From the NCBI GenBank assembly GCA_030039715.1, contig JASHVA010000079.1, positions 1-43,061 on the forward strand: a stretch of 43,061 nt of DNA, read 5' to 3'. Position numbers and translations under genes: made by a program. Below the pieces are notes generated by a model that worked only from the letters and a program-made list of their open reading frames with translations, was not told the origin of the DNA and searched no databases. How positions within the stretch are numbered: the stretch's first letter is position 1; every line of letters begins with the position of its first letter. Below, one piece after another: positions 1-8,248 of this stretch. The stretch comes from Thermoplasmata archaeon. GTDB taxonomy: Archaea; Thermoplasmatota; Thermoplasmata; Lutacidiplasmatales; UBA184.

Positions 1-15
1 CGCGCTCGAGCGCGC

Positions 16-420
16 GTGACGGGAATCGGCGGGGTCTTTCTGAAGTCGCGAGCGCCGCGGAGACTGGCCGGTTGGTATCGCAAGAACCTCGGCCTCGGGA
101 TCTCGGCCCGAGGGCAGGTCGCCACCTGGGATTGGAAGTCGGTCCGGGGTCCGCGACGCACGGGGAGCACGGTATGGGCGGCGCTCGGTGCCGAGGATCG
201 AGAGTGGGGCCACGCGAGCGCGCAGGTGAATTATCGCGTGAACGACCTGGACGGCCTCCTCAACCGGCTGCGTCGGGCCGGTGCGAGGGTCGACGACCGA
301 ACGGAAGAGTCCTCCTACGGACGATTCGGCTGGGCGTACGACCCGGAGGGGAATCGATTCGAACTGTGGGAACCCCCTCGCCGGTACCGATCTCCCGAGA
401 AGCATCGGGCGATGGAATAG
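16..420 (+). CDS. VOC-family (glyoxalase/bleomycin-resistance fold) protein. The frame stays open to the left window edge, so the 5' end may be truncated.
   Basis: 134-aa ORF. N-terminal GIGGVFLKS...WY..LGL and C-terminal YGRFGWAYDPEGNRFELWEP are typical of the VOC fold. No stop in this frame between nt 1 and 16. Confidence 0.7.
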   Translation: MTGIGGVFLKSRAPRRLAGWYRKNLGLGISARGQVATWDWKSVRGPRRTGSTVWAALGAEDREWGHASAQVNYRVNDLDGLLNRLRRAGARVDDRTEESSYGRFGWAYDPEGNRFELWEPPRRYRSPEKHRAME

Positions 421-492
421 ATCCCGGCGAGTCCCCAAACCGGCCGGATTCCCGCTCGTGGACCGTCCCCTCGGTACCGTAGGAGGGGGGGC

Positions 493-575
493 TGCCGGGG
501 CCAGGATTCGAACCTGGGAACTCCTGCGAGAGCAGATCTTGAGTCTGCCGCCTTTGGCCGCTCGGCCACCCCGGC
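493..575 (-). tRNA. tRNA-Leu (anticodon CAA), 83 nt, CCA not encoded
   Basis: The reverse strand folds as a cloverleaf. Acceptor GCCGGGG/CCCCGGC; D-arm GCCG-AGCGGCCAAA-GGCG; anticodon arm GCAGA-CTCAAGA-TCTGC. Long variable arm TCTCGCAGGAGTTC; T-arm CCAGG-TTCGAAT-CCTGG; discriminator A. Confidence 0.92.
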
Positions 576-601
576 GCGCGCCCGACGAGGAGGCGCCGGG
601 G

Positions 602-609
602 TTAATTTT
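602..609 (-). promoter_or_regulatory. TATA box candidate for tRNA-Leu
   Basis: AAAATTAA on the reverse strand, centred about 30 nt upstream of the tRNA 5' end (575). It overlaps the TAA stop (602-604) of rnp4. Confidence 0.45.
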
Positions 610-1078
610 CTTGCGGCTCGTCGTCGTCCGCCCGGTCCGTCGGCTCCTCTTCCGAGGGCGCGTCGGCGAGCACCACGTCCTCCATCGCCTCGGCCGAGCG
701 ACCGACCTCGGGGCCTCGCCCCGGAAGGAGCGAGGGTTCGCGAACCGGAAGTCGGCGGCGACGACCGCAGCGAAGGCAGGTGCGCACGCGACGACCCGCG
801 CGGAGCCGGGTCCGCACGGTCCGCCCTTCGACCCAGAATGTCGAGCAACTGCGGCAGTAGAGCTCCCGGTACTCGGGAAGGAACCGAACGTTGTACCGCG
901 TCCCGATCTTCCGCGCGAGCACCACGTACCGGTCCGCGAGTTCGTCGTGCCCGCCGGCGGCCTCCCGCTCGGCGAGCGCGAAGAGCGCGAGCACCCGCTC
1001 CCGGGCGATGCGGACCATCGCCGCGGTCCGCCGGCCCCGGCGGCCGCCCCGCTTCACGACGTTTGCGGTTGCTGGCAT
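602..1078 (-). CDS. rnp4: RNase P protein component 4 (Rpp21/Rpr2 family)
   Basis: Internal ATG (1078) of track ORF 602..1336; 158 aa. Helical N-terminus RERVLALFALAE, then a zinc ribbon CRSC...CLRC, then an acidic tail. The upstream extension is Pro/Arg/Gly-rich and overlaps the neighbouring gene. Confidence 0.8.
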   Translation of the reverse strand: MPATANVVKRGGRRGRRTAAMVRIARERVLALFALAEREAAGGHDELADRYVVLARKIGTRYNVRFLPEYRELYCRSCSTFWVEGRTVRTRLRAGRRVRTCLRCGRRRRLPVREPSLLPGRGPEVGRSAEAMEDVVLADAPSEEEPTDRADDDEPQEN

Positions 1079-1386
1079 ACGGGGCAGTAGACGGCCGAGC
1101 GCGAGATGATCGTGCGGCATCGGATGCAGAACTTCCCGGTGGGGGGCGGGGCGATCGGCCCGGTCGCTCCCACCGGAGTTCCCGCGGGGACGGCGTAGCT
1201 CGCCGGACTGGCGACCCGCGGCGCCAGCGCGGGGGGAGGGGGGAGCGCGCCCGGCGGGCGCCCCGGAGCCGTCGGGGGCGGAGGTGGAGGAGGGTTCGAA
1301 TCGACCTGGGGGAGCGTGTAGCCGCACTTCGCGCAAAACAGCGCGCCGTCCGGCGCGAGCTCGCCGCAGTGGAGGCAGACCGTCAC
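1054..1386 (-). CDS. Small double zinc-ribbon protein with a proline-rich linker
   Basis: GTG at 1386 lies about 25 nt downstream of the reverse-strand TATA (1409-1414); 110 aa. CLHC-x10-CAKC and CIRC-x10-CPVC are separated by a PPPPPPP-rich linker. The 3' end overlaps the rnp4 start by 25 nt. Confidence 0.6.
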   Translation of the reverse strand: MTVCLHCGELAPDGALFCAKCGYTLPQVDSNPPPPPPPTAPGRPPGALPPPPALAPRVASPASYAVPAGTPVGATGPIAPPPTGKFCIRCRTIISRSAVYCPVCQQPQTS

Positions 1387-1398
1387 GTGGAGGGCAAG

Positions 1399-1414
1399 AT
1401 TAATGCCGTATATC
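1399..1414. promoter_or_regulatory. Back-to-back TATA boxes of a 44-bp divergent, leaderless promoter region
   Basis: ATTAAT (1399-1404) is about 29 nt upstream of TTG 1431 on the plus strand. GATATA (complement of 1409-1414) is about 25 nt upstream of GTG 1386 on the minus strand. Confidence 0.5.
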
Positions 1415-1430
1415 ACCGTCCACTCGCTCG

Positions 1431-2219
1431 TTGAGACAGCGGTCGGTCGCACTCGTGACACGGGACCCGGCGCTCTATGGGGAGCTCGCGGGATTTCTGC
1501 GGGAGCGACGATTGTCGTGCGTGAGCCTGCTGCCGGGGCAACGGATTCCCGAACGCGTCGCCGTGGTACTGACCTCGACGGAAGAGGCCCGCGAGATCTC
1601 GCATCCGCACGTCCTCGTCGTCGCCGAGGACGGGGATCGCCGGGCCCTCGGCGCCGCGGTCGAGCTCGCCCTCGAAGCGGGGCGGTCGGACGGGGATCTC
1701 GTCGTCGGCATCGACCCCGGCCCTCGGCCGGGTTACGCGGTTTTCGCCGGTGAGCACTGCATCGGGGAAGGGATCCTCGAGTCGCCCGAAGCCGCGGGTG
1801 CTTTCTCGGGGCAGCTGCGGCACCGGTTCTCTTCACGACACGTGATCTTCCGCGTGGGGGCCGGCGATCCCCCCCGCCGGAACCGGATCGTCAACTCGTT
1901 ACTGGCCCATCACCGGTCCGTCGAGCTCGTCGACGAGCAGGGAACGACGCCCCGCGGGCACCGCCGTCCGCGCGATGCGCTCGCCGCCCGGTCCATCGCT
2001 CGCGGGGTCGGGCGGTCGGTGCGCGACCACCTCCCGACGAACCCGACGCCCGGGGAGATCGCCAACGTCCAGCGCCTCAGCCGGGAGGGAAGCGGGGGAC
2101 TGATCACCATCTCGCGCTCGTCGGCCCACCGTGTCCTGCGCGGCGAGATCTCGATGGCGGAAGCCGTCGCCGACACGCTGGGACCGCGCGCGGACCCCGG
2201 CCGTGCGAAGAAGGCGTGA
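1431..2219 (+). CDS. Conserved hypothetical; central RNase H-fold (RuvX/YqgF/RuvC-like) putative nuclease domain
   Basis: 262 aa with a balanced composition. VVGIDPGPRPGYAV resembles the first catalytic-Asp strand of RuvC/YqgF. ELVDEQGTTP resembles the RuvX vDErlTT motif, and RDALAARSIA is a possible last acidic motif. Function is inferred from motifs only. Confidence 0.55.
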   Translation: MRQRSVALVTRDPALYGELAGFLRERRLSCVSLLPGQRIPERVAVVLTSTEEAREISHPHVLVVAEDGDRRALGAAVELALEAGRSDGDLVVGIDPGPRPGYAVFAGEHCIGEGILESPEAAGAFSGQLRHRFSSRHVIFRVGAGDPPRRNRIVNSLLAHHRSVELVDEQGTTPRGHRRPRDALAARSIARGVGRSVRDHLPTNPTPGEIANVQRLSREGSGGLITISRSSAHRVLRGEISMAEAVADTLGPRADPGRAKKA

Positions 2220-2245
2220 GCCGGCTCCCCGGCGCCGGGAACCTC

Positions 2246-2251
2246 TTTAAT
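2246..2251 (+). promoter_or_regulatory. TATA box candidate for gltX
   Basis: TTTAAT centred about 27 nt upstream of the in-frame GTG at 2275. Confidence 0.4.
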
Positions 2252-2274
2252 CCGAGCCCGTGGTCGGGCGACCC

Positions 2275-4005
2275 GTGCCGCTCGACCCCGAGCTCGAGAA
2301 GCGGATCCGGCGGCTCGCCGTCGAGAATTCGATCGCCCACGGCGGAGCTCCACGGCCGGGTCCCATCGTCGCGCGCCTCCTCGCGACCGACCCGTCGCTC
2401 CGCTCGCGGGCCGACGAGGTCCGGGCGGGCGCGGAAGCGGTCGTCGCCGCGGTGAGCTCGCTCGGCCCCGAAGCGCTCGCCCGGGAGCTCGCGGCGCTGG
2501 GGGGACCCGAGCCCGAGCGGTCGCGCGAGAAGGCGTCCGAGGGCGGTGAATTCCCGGACCTGCCGGGGGCGGTGCCCGGCAAGGTCGTCCTCCGCATGGC
2601 GCCGTTCCCGAGCGGAGTGCTGCACGTCGGCCACGCCCGGATGCTCTACGTGCACCAGCATTACCGGGAGCGGTACGCCGCACGGCTCCTGCTCGTGTTC
2701 GACGACACCGTCGGTTCGGAGGAGAAGCGGGTCGAGACCGAGTTCTTCGATATGATCCTGGAGGATTGCCGGCTCGCGGGGGTCGTCCCGGACGAGGTCG
2801 TCTACAAGTCCGACCGGATCCCGCGCTTCTACCCGTGGGCCGAGCGGATCGTCCGGCACGGCTCGGCCTACGTCTGCCGCTGTTCGGCCGAGCTTCTCCG
2901 CAGCAACCGGGCCCACGGGGTCGCGTGCCCCGAGCGCGGTCAGACTCCCGACGAGGCGAACGCCGAATGGAAGCGCATGCTCGACGGCGCGTACGGTCCG
3001 GGCGAGGCGGTCCTCCGGCTGAAGACCGACATGCAGGATCCGGATCCGGCGTTCCGGGACCGCGTCCTTTGCCGGATCAGCGACCTCGACCACCCTCGCG
3101 TCGGGCACCGGTACCGCGTCTGGCCGATGCTCGAGTTCTCGTGGGCCGTCGACGACGTGGAGCTCGGCATGACCCACGTCCTGCGAGGGAAGGACCTCGT
3201 CATCGAGGATCGGATGCAGCGGTACATCTGGGACCTCCTCGGCATTTCCGGACCCCCGTTCGTCCACTGGGGGATCCTCCGCGTGCGCGAGGCGAAGGTC
3301 TCGAAGAGCAAGTCGTATCGGGAGGTCAAGAGCGGGCTCTACGACGGCTGGGCCGATCCCCGGACCTGGTCGCTGCGTTCGCTCGACCGGCGCGGCATTT
3401 CGATGGACGCGCTCCGCGCCTTCACGCTCTCGTTCGGGATGTCCCTCTCGGACATCGAGGTACCCGCGGAGACGCTCTATGCCGAGAACCGAAAGCGGAT
3501 CGATGCGACGACGCCGCGCCGAGCGTTCGTGCCCGACCCGGTTCGAGTCGAGGTGGAGGGGTATCCGGTCGAGCTCGCCTCCGTCGAGCTTCCGAACCAC
3601 CCCGATCGACCCGAGCTCGGCCGCCGTCGCGTCGCCGCCGGCCCGGTCTTCTACCTGCCGTACCGGGACGTGGCGAGCCGACCGGGCGCCGAGGTTCGCC
3701 TGAAGGACCTCATCAACGTGCGGCTCCCGGACCCCGTGCCCCCGGCCGCCGAAGGGCTCCGGGCGAGGTTCACGAGCCGGGAGAACCAGCGCCTGCCGCG
3801 CCTCCAATGGGTCGGCGCCGCGGACGCGGTGCCGGTCGACGTACTGGACGTGGAGGGGAACCACTCCACCGGGCTCGCCGAGGCGGCGGTCGCCGCGAGC
3901 ACGCCCCGCGAGATCTACCAGTTCGAGCGTGTCGGGTTCGTCCGGGTCGATGACGGGGTCCCGGTCGGCGCCCGGCCGGTCCGGGTCGTCTACGGCCATC
4001 CGTGA
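2275..4005 (+). CDS. gltX: Glutamyl-tRNA synthetase, archaeal/eukaryal type (alternative start GTG 2260)
   Basis: Class I motifs: PSGVLHVGHARM (HIGH) and KVSKSK (KMSKS). Conserved LRLKTDM...DP, WPMLEFSWAVDD and THVLRGKD blocks. The stop at 4005 is unambiguous. Confidence 0.93.
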   Translation: MPLDPELEKRIRRLAVENSIAHGGAPRPGPIVARLLATDPSLRSRADEVRAGAEAVVAAVSSLGPEALARELAALGGPEPERSREKASEGGEFPDLPGAVPGKVVLRMAPFPSGVLHVGHARMLYVHQHYRERYAARLLLVFDDTVGSEEKRVETEFFDMILEDCRLAGVVPDEVVYKSDRIPRFYPWAERIVRHGSAYVCRCSAELLRSNRAHGVACPERGQTPDEANAEWKRMLDGAYGPGEAVLRLKTDMQDPDPAFRDRVLCRISDLDHPRVGHRYRVWPMLEFSWAVDDVELGMTHVLRGKDLVIEDRMQRYIWDLLGISGPPFVHWGILRVREAKVSKSKSYREVKSGLYDGWADPRTWSLRSLDRRGISMDALRAFTLSFGMSLSDIEVPAETLYAENRKRIDATTPRRAFVPDPVRVEVEGYPVELASVELPNHPDRPELGRRRVAAGPVFYLPYRDVASRPGAEVRLKDLINVRLPDPVPPAAEGLRARFTSRENQRLPRLQWVGAADAVPVDVLDVEGNHSTGLAEAAVAASTPREIYQFERVGFVRVDDGVPVGARPVRVVYGHP

Positions 4006-4056
4006 ATTGCGTCCCAAACTTTAGTAGCCGGGCCCGACCATCCGGTTCCGGGCCGG

Positions 4057-4446
4057 ATGCGCTTCCTTCATACTTCGATCACCGTGCGCAACATGGACGA
4101 GAGCCTCCGGTTCTACACCGAGGTGCTCGGGCTCCAGTTCGAGCGTCGCCGGACGATCCCCGAGAACCATGCGGAAATCGCGTTCGTCCGGGACCCCGCC
4201 TCGGACGCCCGGGTCGAGCTGACGCACTGGGACGGGAAGGACGCCTTCGAGGCCGGCGAGCAGCTCGACCACCTGGCCTTCGAGGTCGCCGAGCTCGACC
4301 GATTCCTTCTCAAGGTGCGCGAGAAGGGAGTCCGCGTCGCGAAGGAGCCGTACCGGCTCTCGGGGGGCTCCGGCCGTATCGCGTTCATCCTCGACCCGAA
4401 CGACGTCTGGATCGAGCTCATCGAGCGCACGCCGGTCGCGGGGTAG
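4057..4446 (+). CDS. Lactoylglutathione lyase / VOC-family glyoxalase I-like protein
   Basis: 129 aa. MRFLHTSITVRNMDESLRFYTEVLGL start, HLAFEV, and C-terminal IAFILDPNDVWIELIE are typical of glyoxalase I. Confidence 0.85.
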   Translation: MRFLHTSITVRNMDESLRFYTEVLGLQFERRRTIPENHAEIAFVRDPASDARVELTHWDGKDAFEAGEQLDHLAFEVAELDRFLLKVREKGVRVAKEPYRLSGGSGRIAFILDPNDVWIELIERTPVAG

Positions 4447-4456
4447 CTCGTCGGCC

Positions 4457-5722
4457 GTGGCGGAGGCGCTCCCCGACCCCACCGGTGAGATTCACCGCCG
4501 ATCGCTGGTCGCCGTCTTCGGCGCGACGTTCTTCGTGCGGTTCGCCTTCGGGATCACGCTCGCGGTCTTCGCGAGCTACATCCTCGGCCGACTCTCCGGG
4601 CTGAGCTCGTCGGATGAGGGGACGGTCGGGCTGGTCGCCGCGATGGCCCCGATCGGCGAGTTCTCGACCGTGCTCGCCTCCGGAGTCGTCACCGACCGCG
4701 TCGGCCGGTTCCCCGTGCTCTTTGCGGGCATGGCCTCCGCGGCCCTCCTCGTCGGGCTGGTCGCGCTGACCCGGTCGGTCTATGCGCTCGGCGCGCTCAA
4801 CTTTCTCTTCGGGATCGCGAGCGGGGCGATCCTCGCTTCGAGCCTAGCGGTCGTGGCCGACCGCTCGACGCGCGACGAGCGGGGCCTCGAAATGGGTCGA
4901 TTCGACGCGATGAACCTCGCCGGCTGGCTGGGGGGATTCGCCTTCGGCATCGCCGTCCTCGGGTTCGTCCAGGACGGCCACCTTCCGATCGGTTTCCTGC
5001 CCTGGGTCTTCGTCCTCGGCACCGCCACGCTCCTCGCCGGTCTCGGGTTCACGTGGTACCTCGTGCGGGCGATCCCGCGCCCGACCCCGGTCCGGGGGGC
5101 GGGGATCGGCGAGATCCTTCGCGGTGCCTTCCGCGGAAGCGTCCTCCTCGTGACGCTACCCTGGCTCGTCGTCTACATGCTGATCGGCTACATCCTCGTC
5201 TTCGTCGGCACCGCGTCGGCGTCCGTGGGTTTTCCGGACATTTACATCGCGGCCGGGATCGGAGCGGGGGGAGCGGCGCTCGTGCTCACGCAGCCGCAGT
5301 TCGGCCGCCTCGCCGACCGATACGGCCGGACCCGCCTCATGAACCTCGGGGTGGCCGGCTTCTGCGGGGTGATGCTGTTCGCCTCGCTGGCGATCGCCTA
5401 CGGCCCGCTTCTCGAGCTCCTCGTTCCCCTCGGGCTCTGCGTGCTGCCCGCGCTCGGTTACGGGCCGGCCGCCCTCGCGGCCCTGACCGACCTCTCCCGC
5501 GCGCTCAGCCGGGGAACGACGATGGCGATCTACTCGTTCACGATCTCGCTCGGCATGTGGCTCGGGTTGCTCGTCGGGACGCAGCTGGTCGCCCGGCTCG
5601 GGAACGACGGCTACTACCTCTTCTTCGGCCTGATCGCCGGCGCCCTCGTCGTCCTCACGGTCCTCCGCGAGGCGAGCGCCGAGACGACGGCGGCGCTCGC
5701 GACTACGACTCCGGCTCGATGA
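4457..5722 (+). CDS. MFS transporter
   Basis: 421 aa, about 12 hydrophobic segments. The loop 2-3 motif GVVTDRVGRFPVL matches the MFS signature. Confidence 0.85.
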   Translation: MAEALPDPTGEIHRRSLVAVFGATFFVRFAFGITLAVFASYILGRLSGLSSSDEGTVGLVAAMAPIGEFSTVLASGVVTDRVGRFPVLFAGMASAALLVGLVALTRSVYALGALNFLFGIASGAILASSLAVVADRSTRDERGLEMGRFDAMNLAGWLGGFAFGIAVLGFVQDGHLPIGFLPWVFVLGTATLLAGLGFTWYLVRAIPRPTPVRGAGIGEILRGAFRGSVLLVTLPWLVVYMLIGYILVFVGTASASVGFPDIYIAAGIGAGGAALVLTQPQFGRLADRYGRTRLMNLGVAGFCGVMLFASLAIAYGPLLELLVPLGLCVLPALGYGPAALAALTDLSRALSRGTTMAIYSFTISLGMWLGLLVGTQLVARLGNDGYYLFFGLIAGALVVLTVLREASAETTAALATTTPAR

Positions 5723-6587
5723 GGATGTGCCGGAGGACCGGATACGCCTGGCGCAGCGCCGCCGTGACCTGATCGATCGCGGCCTCGAGCTGGTCGGTCG
5801 TCATCCCGTCCTGGAAGTTGATCTTGAGCGCGAGGAGCGCGTCCTCGGGTCCGAGGAGCATCGACTGGAAGCTGCGGACCTTCGCGACGGAGGCGTTCCG
5901 CTCGATGATCGCGAGCATCGCGCGGGCGTCGCCGGGGTCGAGCGCCCGACCGATGAGATACTCCCGGCTCTCGCGGGTCAGGACGAACCCCATCGCGACG
6001 AGGAGGACTCCCTCGATCGACGCGCTCACTCCGTCCACGAACGCCAAGCCCGTGTGAAAGACGACGAGCAGGCCGCCGAAGGCGACGACGCTCGCGACGA
6101 TCGACACGAGGTCCTGGTAGAAGATCGACTTGAGCCCCTGGTTCGCCGACTCGAGGAGGTTCAGCAGCGTGAGCCGGGAGATGCGGAGCTCGCGGAGGGT
6201 CACCCAGATGCTCGCGATGCTGACGACGATCGTCGCCCCGACCACGAGCAGCGCCTCGGCGATGTGGCGCAGCCTTTCGGGAGCGACGATCTGGTCGATC
6301 CCTTCGGTGAGCGCGAGCACTCCGGCGACCGTGAACGTGACCACGATCGAGACGAAGGCCCAGAAGAACCGCTCCTTCCCCCGGCCGAACGGGTACTCGT
6401 GGGACGCCGGTCGGCGGGAGAGGTGGAGCCCCCAGAGGAGGAGGCCGCTCCCCACGAGGTCGGTGAGCGTGAAGATCGCCTGGGCGAGGACGGCCCGACT
6501 GCCCGACGCGATCGCGACGACGAGGTTCACGGCGAACAGCGTCGCGTTGAGCAGGAGCGTCGCGACGATGATGACCTGCGGACGCAT
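5703..6587 (-). CDS. Cation diffusion facilitator (CDF) family transporter
   Basis: Internal ATG (6587) of track ORF 5703..6689; 294 aa. TM domain with SGSRAVLAQAIFTLTDL and YPFGRGKERFFWAF, plus a C-terminal cytoplasmic alpha/beta domain. The 3' end converges on and overlaps the MFS gene by 20 nt. Confidence 0.85.
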   Translation of the reverse strand: MRPQVIIVATLLLNATLFAVNLVVAIASGSRAVLAQAIFTLTDLVGSGLLLWGLHLSRRPASHEYPFGRGKERFFWAFVSIVVTFTVAGVLALTEGIDQIVAPERLRHIAEALLVVGATIVVSIASIWVTLRELRISRLTLLNLLESANQGLKSIFYQDLVSIVASVVAFGGLLVVFHTGLAFVDGVSASIEGVLLVAMGFVLTRESREYLIGRALDPGDARAMLAIIERNASVAKVRSFQSMLLGPEDALLALKINFQDGMTTDQLEAAIDQVTAALRQAYPVLRHILIEPES

Positions 6588-6692
6588 CGAGGTCCCGAGG
6601 ACTCCACCGGGCGACCTCCGCACCGGGCCTCGGGGGTTAAGCGTTCCGAACCGCCCTCGGACGCGTGAGCGCGGGGCGCCCGGGACCAAGGG

Positions 6693-6698
6693 TTAAAT
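6693..6698 (+). promoter_or_regulatory. TATA box candidate for the aldolase gene
   Basis: TTAAAT centred about 31 nt upstream of ATG 6727. This supports the long form of the ORF. Confidence 0.4.
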
Positions 6699-6726
6699 CG
6701 CGCCGACCCGTCCGCCGCCGGGGTCC

Positions 6727-7704
6727 ATGAGCGAGCCGGCCGCGCACGCGAACCCGGGGTCGATCGCTCCCCCGGTGGGCCGAGTCACCCCGCCCGCCCG
6801 GCGGCCTCGTCCGACGCTCTCCCAGATGGGGCTCTCGCCGGGGAAGCGGGCCCGGCTGAAGCGGCTCCTCTACCAGCACGGACCCGGCGGCGGCACCCTC
6901 CTCGCGCTCCCGATCGACCAGGGGCTCGAGCACGGACCGATCGACTTCTTCGCGAACCCCGACTCGCTCGACCCGAACTATCAGTTCGAGCTGGCCCGCG
7001 ACGGGAACTTCAGCGCGATCGCGCTGCACATCGGACTCGCGGAGAAGTACTTCCACGAGTACGCCGGCGACGTCCCTCTCGTCCTGAAGCTGAACGGGAA
7101 GACCCAGATCCCGTCCGATGCCCAGGCCTTCAGCTCGCTCACGGGGAGCGTGGAGGATGCGGTGCGGCTCGGGGCGGACGCGGTGGGCTACACGGTCTAC
7201 GTCGGGTCGCCCGCCCAGGACCGGGACTTCGAGCAGTTCCGTAGGATCCGGGCCGACGCGGACCGGCTCGGGATGCCCGTGATCGTCTGGGCGTACCCGC
7301 GTGGAGAGGCCGTCGCGAAGAAAGGCGGAAAGGAAAGCCTCTACGCGATCGACTACGCCGCCCGGGTCGCGCTCGAGCTCGGGGCGGACATCGTGAAGGT
7401 CAACTTCCCGGTCCCGAGCGAGAAGGACGCGGACAGCCCGCCGCCGTACAACACGCTCAAGCTCACGCCCGCCCAGGCGTTCCGCAAGGTCGTCGAGAGC
7501 GCGGGACGGGCACTCGTCCTCGTGTCCGGCGGAGAGAAGATCGGGGACGCGGAGCTCTTGTCCAAGGTGCGGGCGTCGATGGACGACGGGGCGACCGGGA
7601 TCATCTTCGGGCGGAACATGTGGCAGCGTCCGAGGGAAGAGGCGCTCCGGATGACCCGGGAGCTCCATGCGATTTTCCGGGAGTACGCGCAGCCGCCCGC
7701 GTGA
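6727..7704 (+). CDS. Class I fructose-bisphosphate aldolase, DhnA/FbaB family (could alternatively be the related ADH synthase). Alternative start ATG 6826.
   Basis: LALPIDQGLEHGP, LVLKLNG, VIVWAYPRG, ADIVKVNFP (Schiff-base Lys context) and IIFGRN line up with E. coli FbaB-type aldolases as I recall them. Confidence 0.85.
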   Translation: MSEPAAHANPGSIAPPVGRVTPPARRPRPTLSQMGLSPGKRARLKRLLYQHGPGGGTLLALPIDQGLEHGPIDFFANPDSLDPNYQFELARDGNFSAIALHIGLAEKYFHEYAGDVPLVLKLNGKTQIPSDAQAFSSLTGSVEDAVRLGADAVGYTVYVGSPAQDRDFEQFRRIRADADRLGMPVIVWAYPRGEAVAKKGGKESLYAIDYAARVALELGADIVKVNFPVPSEKDADSPPPYNTLKLTPAQAFRKVVESAGRALVLVSGGEKIGDAELLSKVRASMDDGATGIIFGRNMWQRPREEALRMTRELHAIFREYAQPPA

Positions 7705-8245
7705 CGGAGCGATCCGGCTCTTCCTCACCCTCGCGGGCGAGGACCACCCGAAGGCCTGTACGGGGCGGCGTCTCGTCTCTCGCGGCGTCGCGAAGGCGGT
7801 CGACCGCGCCGACCGCCTGGTCCCGGCGCCGATCGTCCTCGACCCGTTCGCCCCGGAGCCGCTCGTTCCGGCGGACGCGGCGACCGCGGTCCGGGGTGGC
7901 CTCCTCGTGGTCGATTGCTCCTGGAATCGACTGAGCGAGCGCGGCCGGTTTCCCGGAGCCGAGGGGGGCTCGCGGGGGATCCGCCGTCGTCTCCCGCTGC
8001 TCATCGCGACCAACCCTCAGCATTACGGCCGTCCCGCGCAGTTGAACACCGTCGAGGCGTTCGCGGCCGCCCTCGCCGTGCTCGGGCGCTCCGCGGACGC
8101 CGAACGGCTGCTCGCCGGCTTCCGAGGGAGCGAGGAGTTCCTGCGGGTCAACCGGGAGCGACTGCGGGAGTACGCCGCCGCACCCACCCCGGCGGCCCTA
8201 CTAGCCGCCGAGCGGACGCTCTTCGGGGGCGAGGCGCCGCCCTGA
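7667..8245 (+). CDS. tsr3: 16S/18S rRNA aminocarboxypropyltransferase Tsr3 (DUF367)
   Basis: VVDCSWNRL and LPLLIATNPQHYGRPAQLNTVEAFAAALAVLG are hallmark Tsr3 blocks. The only in-frame canonical start is ATG 7667, which overlaps the aldolase gene by 38 nt. Confidence 0.8.
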   Translation: MRFSGSTRSRPRDGAIRLFLTLAGEDHPKACTGRRLVSRGVAKAVDRADRLVPAPIVLDPFAPEPLVPADAATAVRGGLLVVDCSWNRLSERGRFPGAEGGSRGIRRRLPLLIATNPQHYGRPAQLNTVEAFAAALAVLGRSADAERLLAGFRGSEEFLRVNRERLREYAAAPTPAALLAAERTLFGGEAPP

Positions 8246-8248
8246 AGC

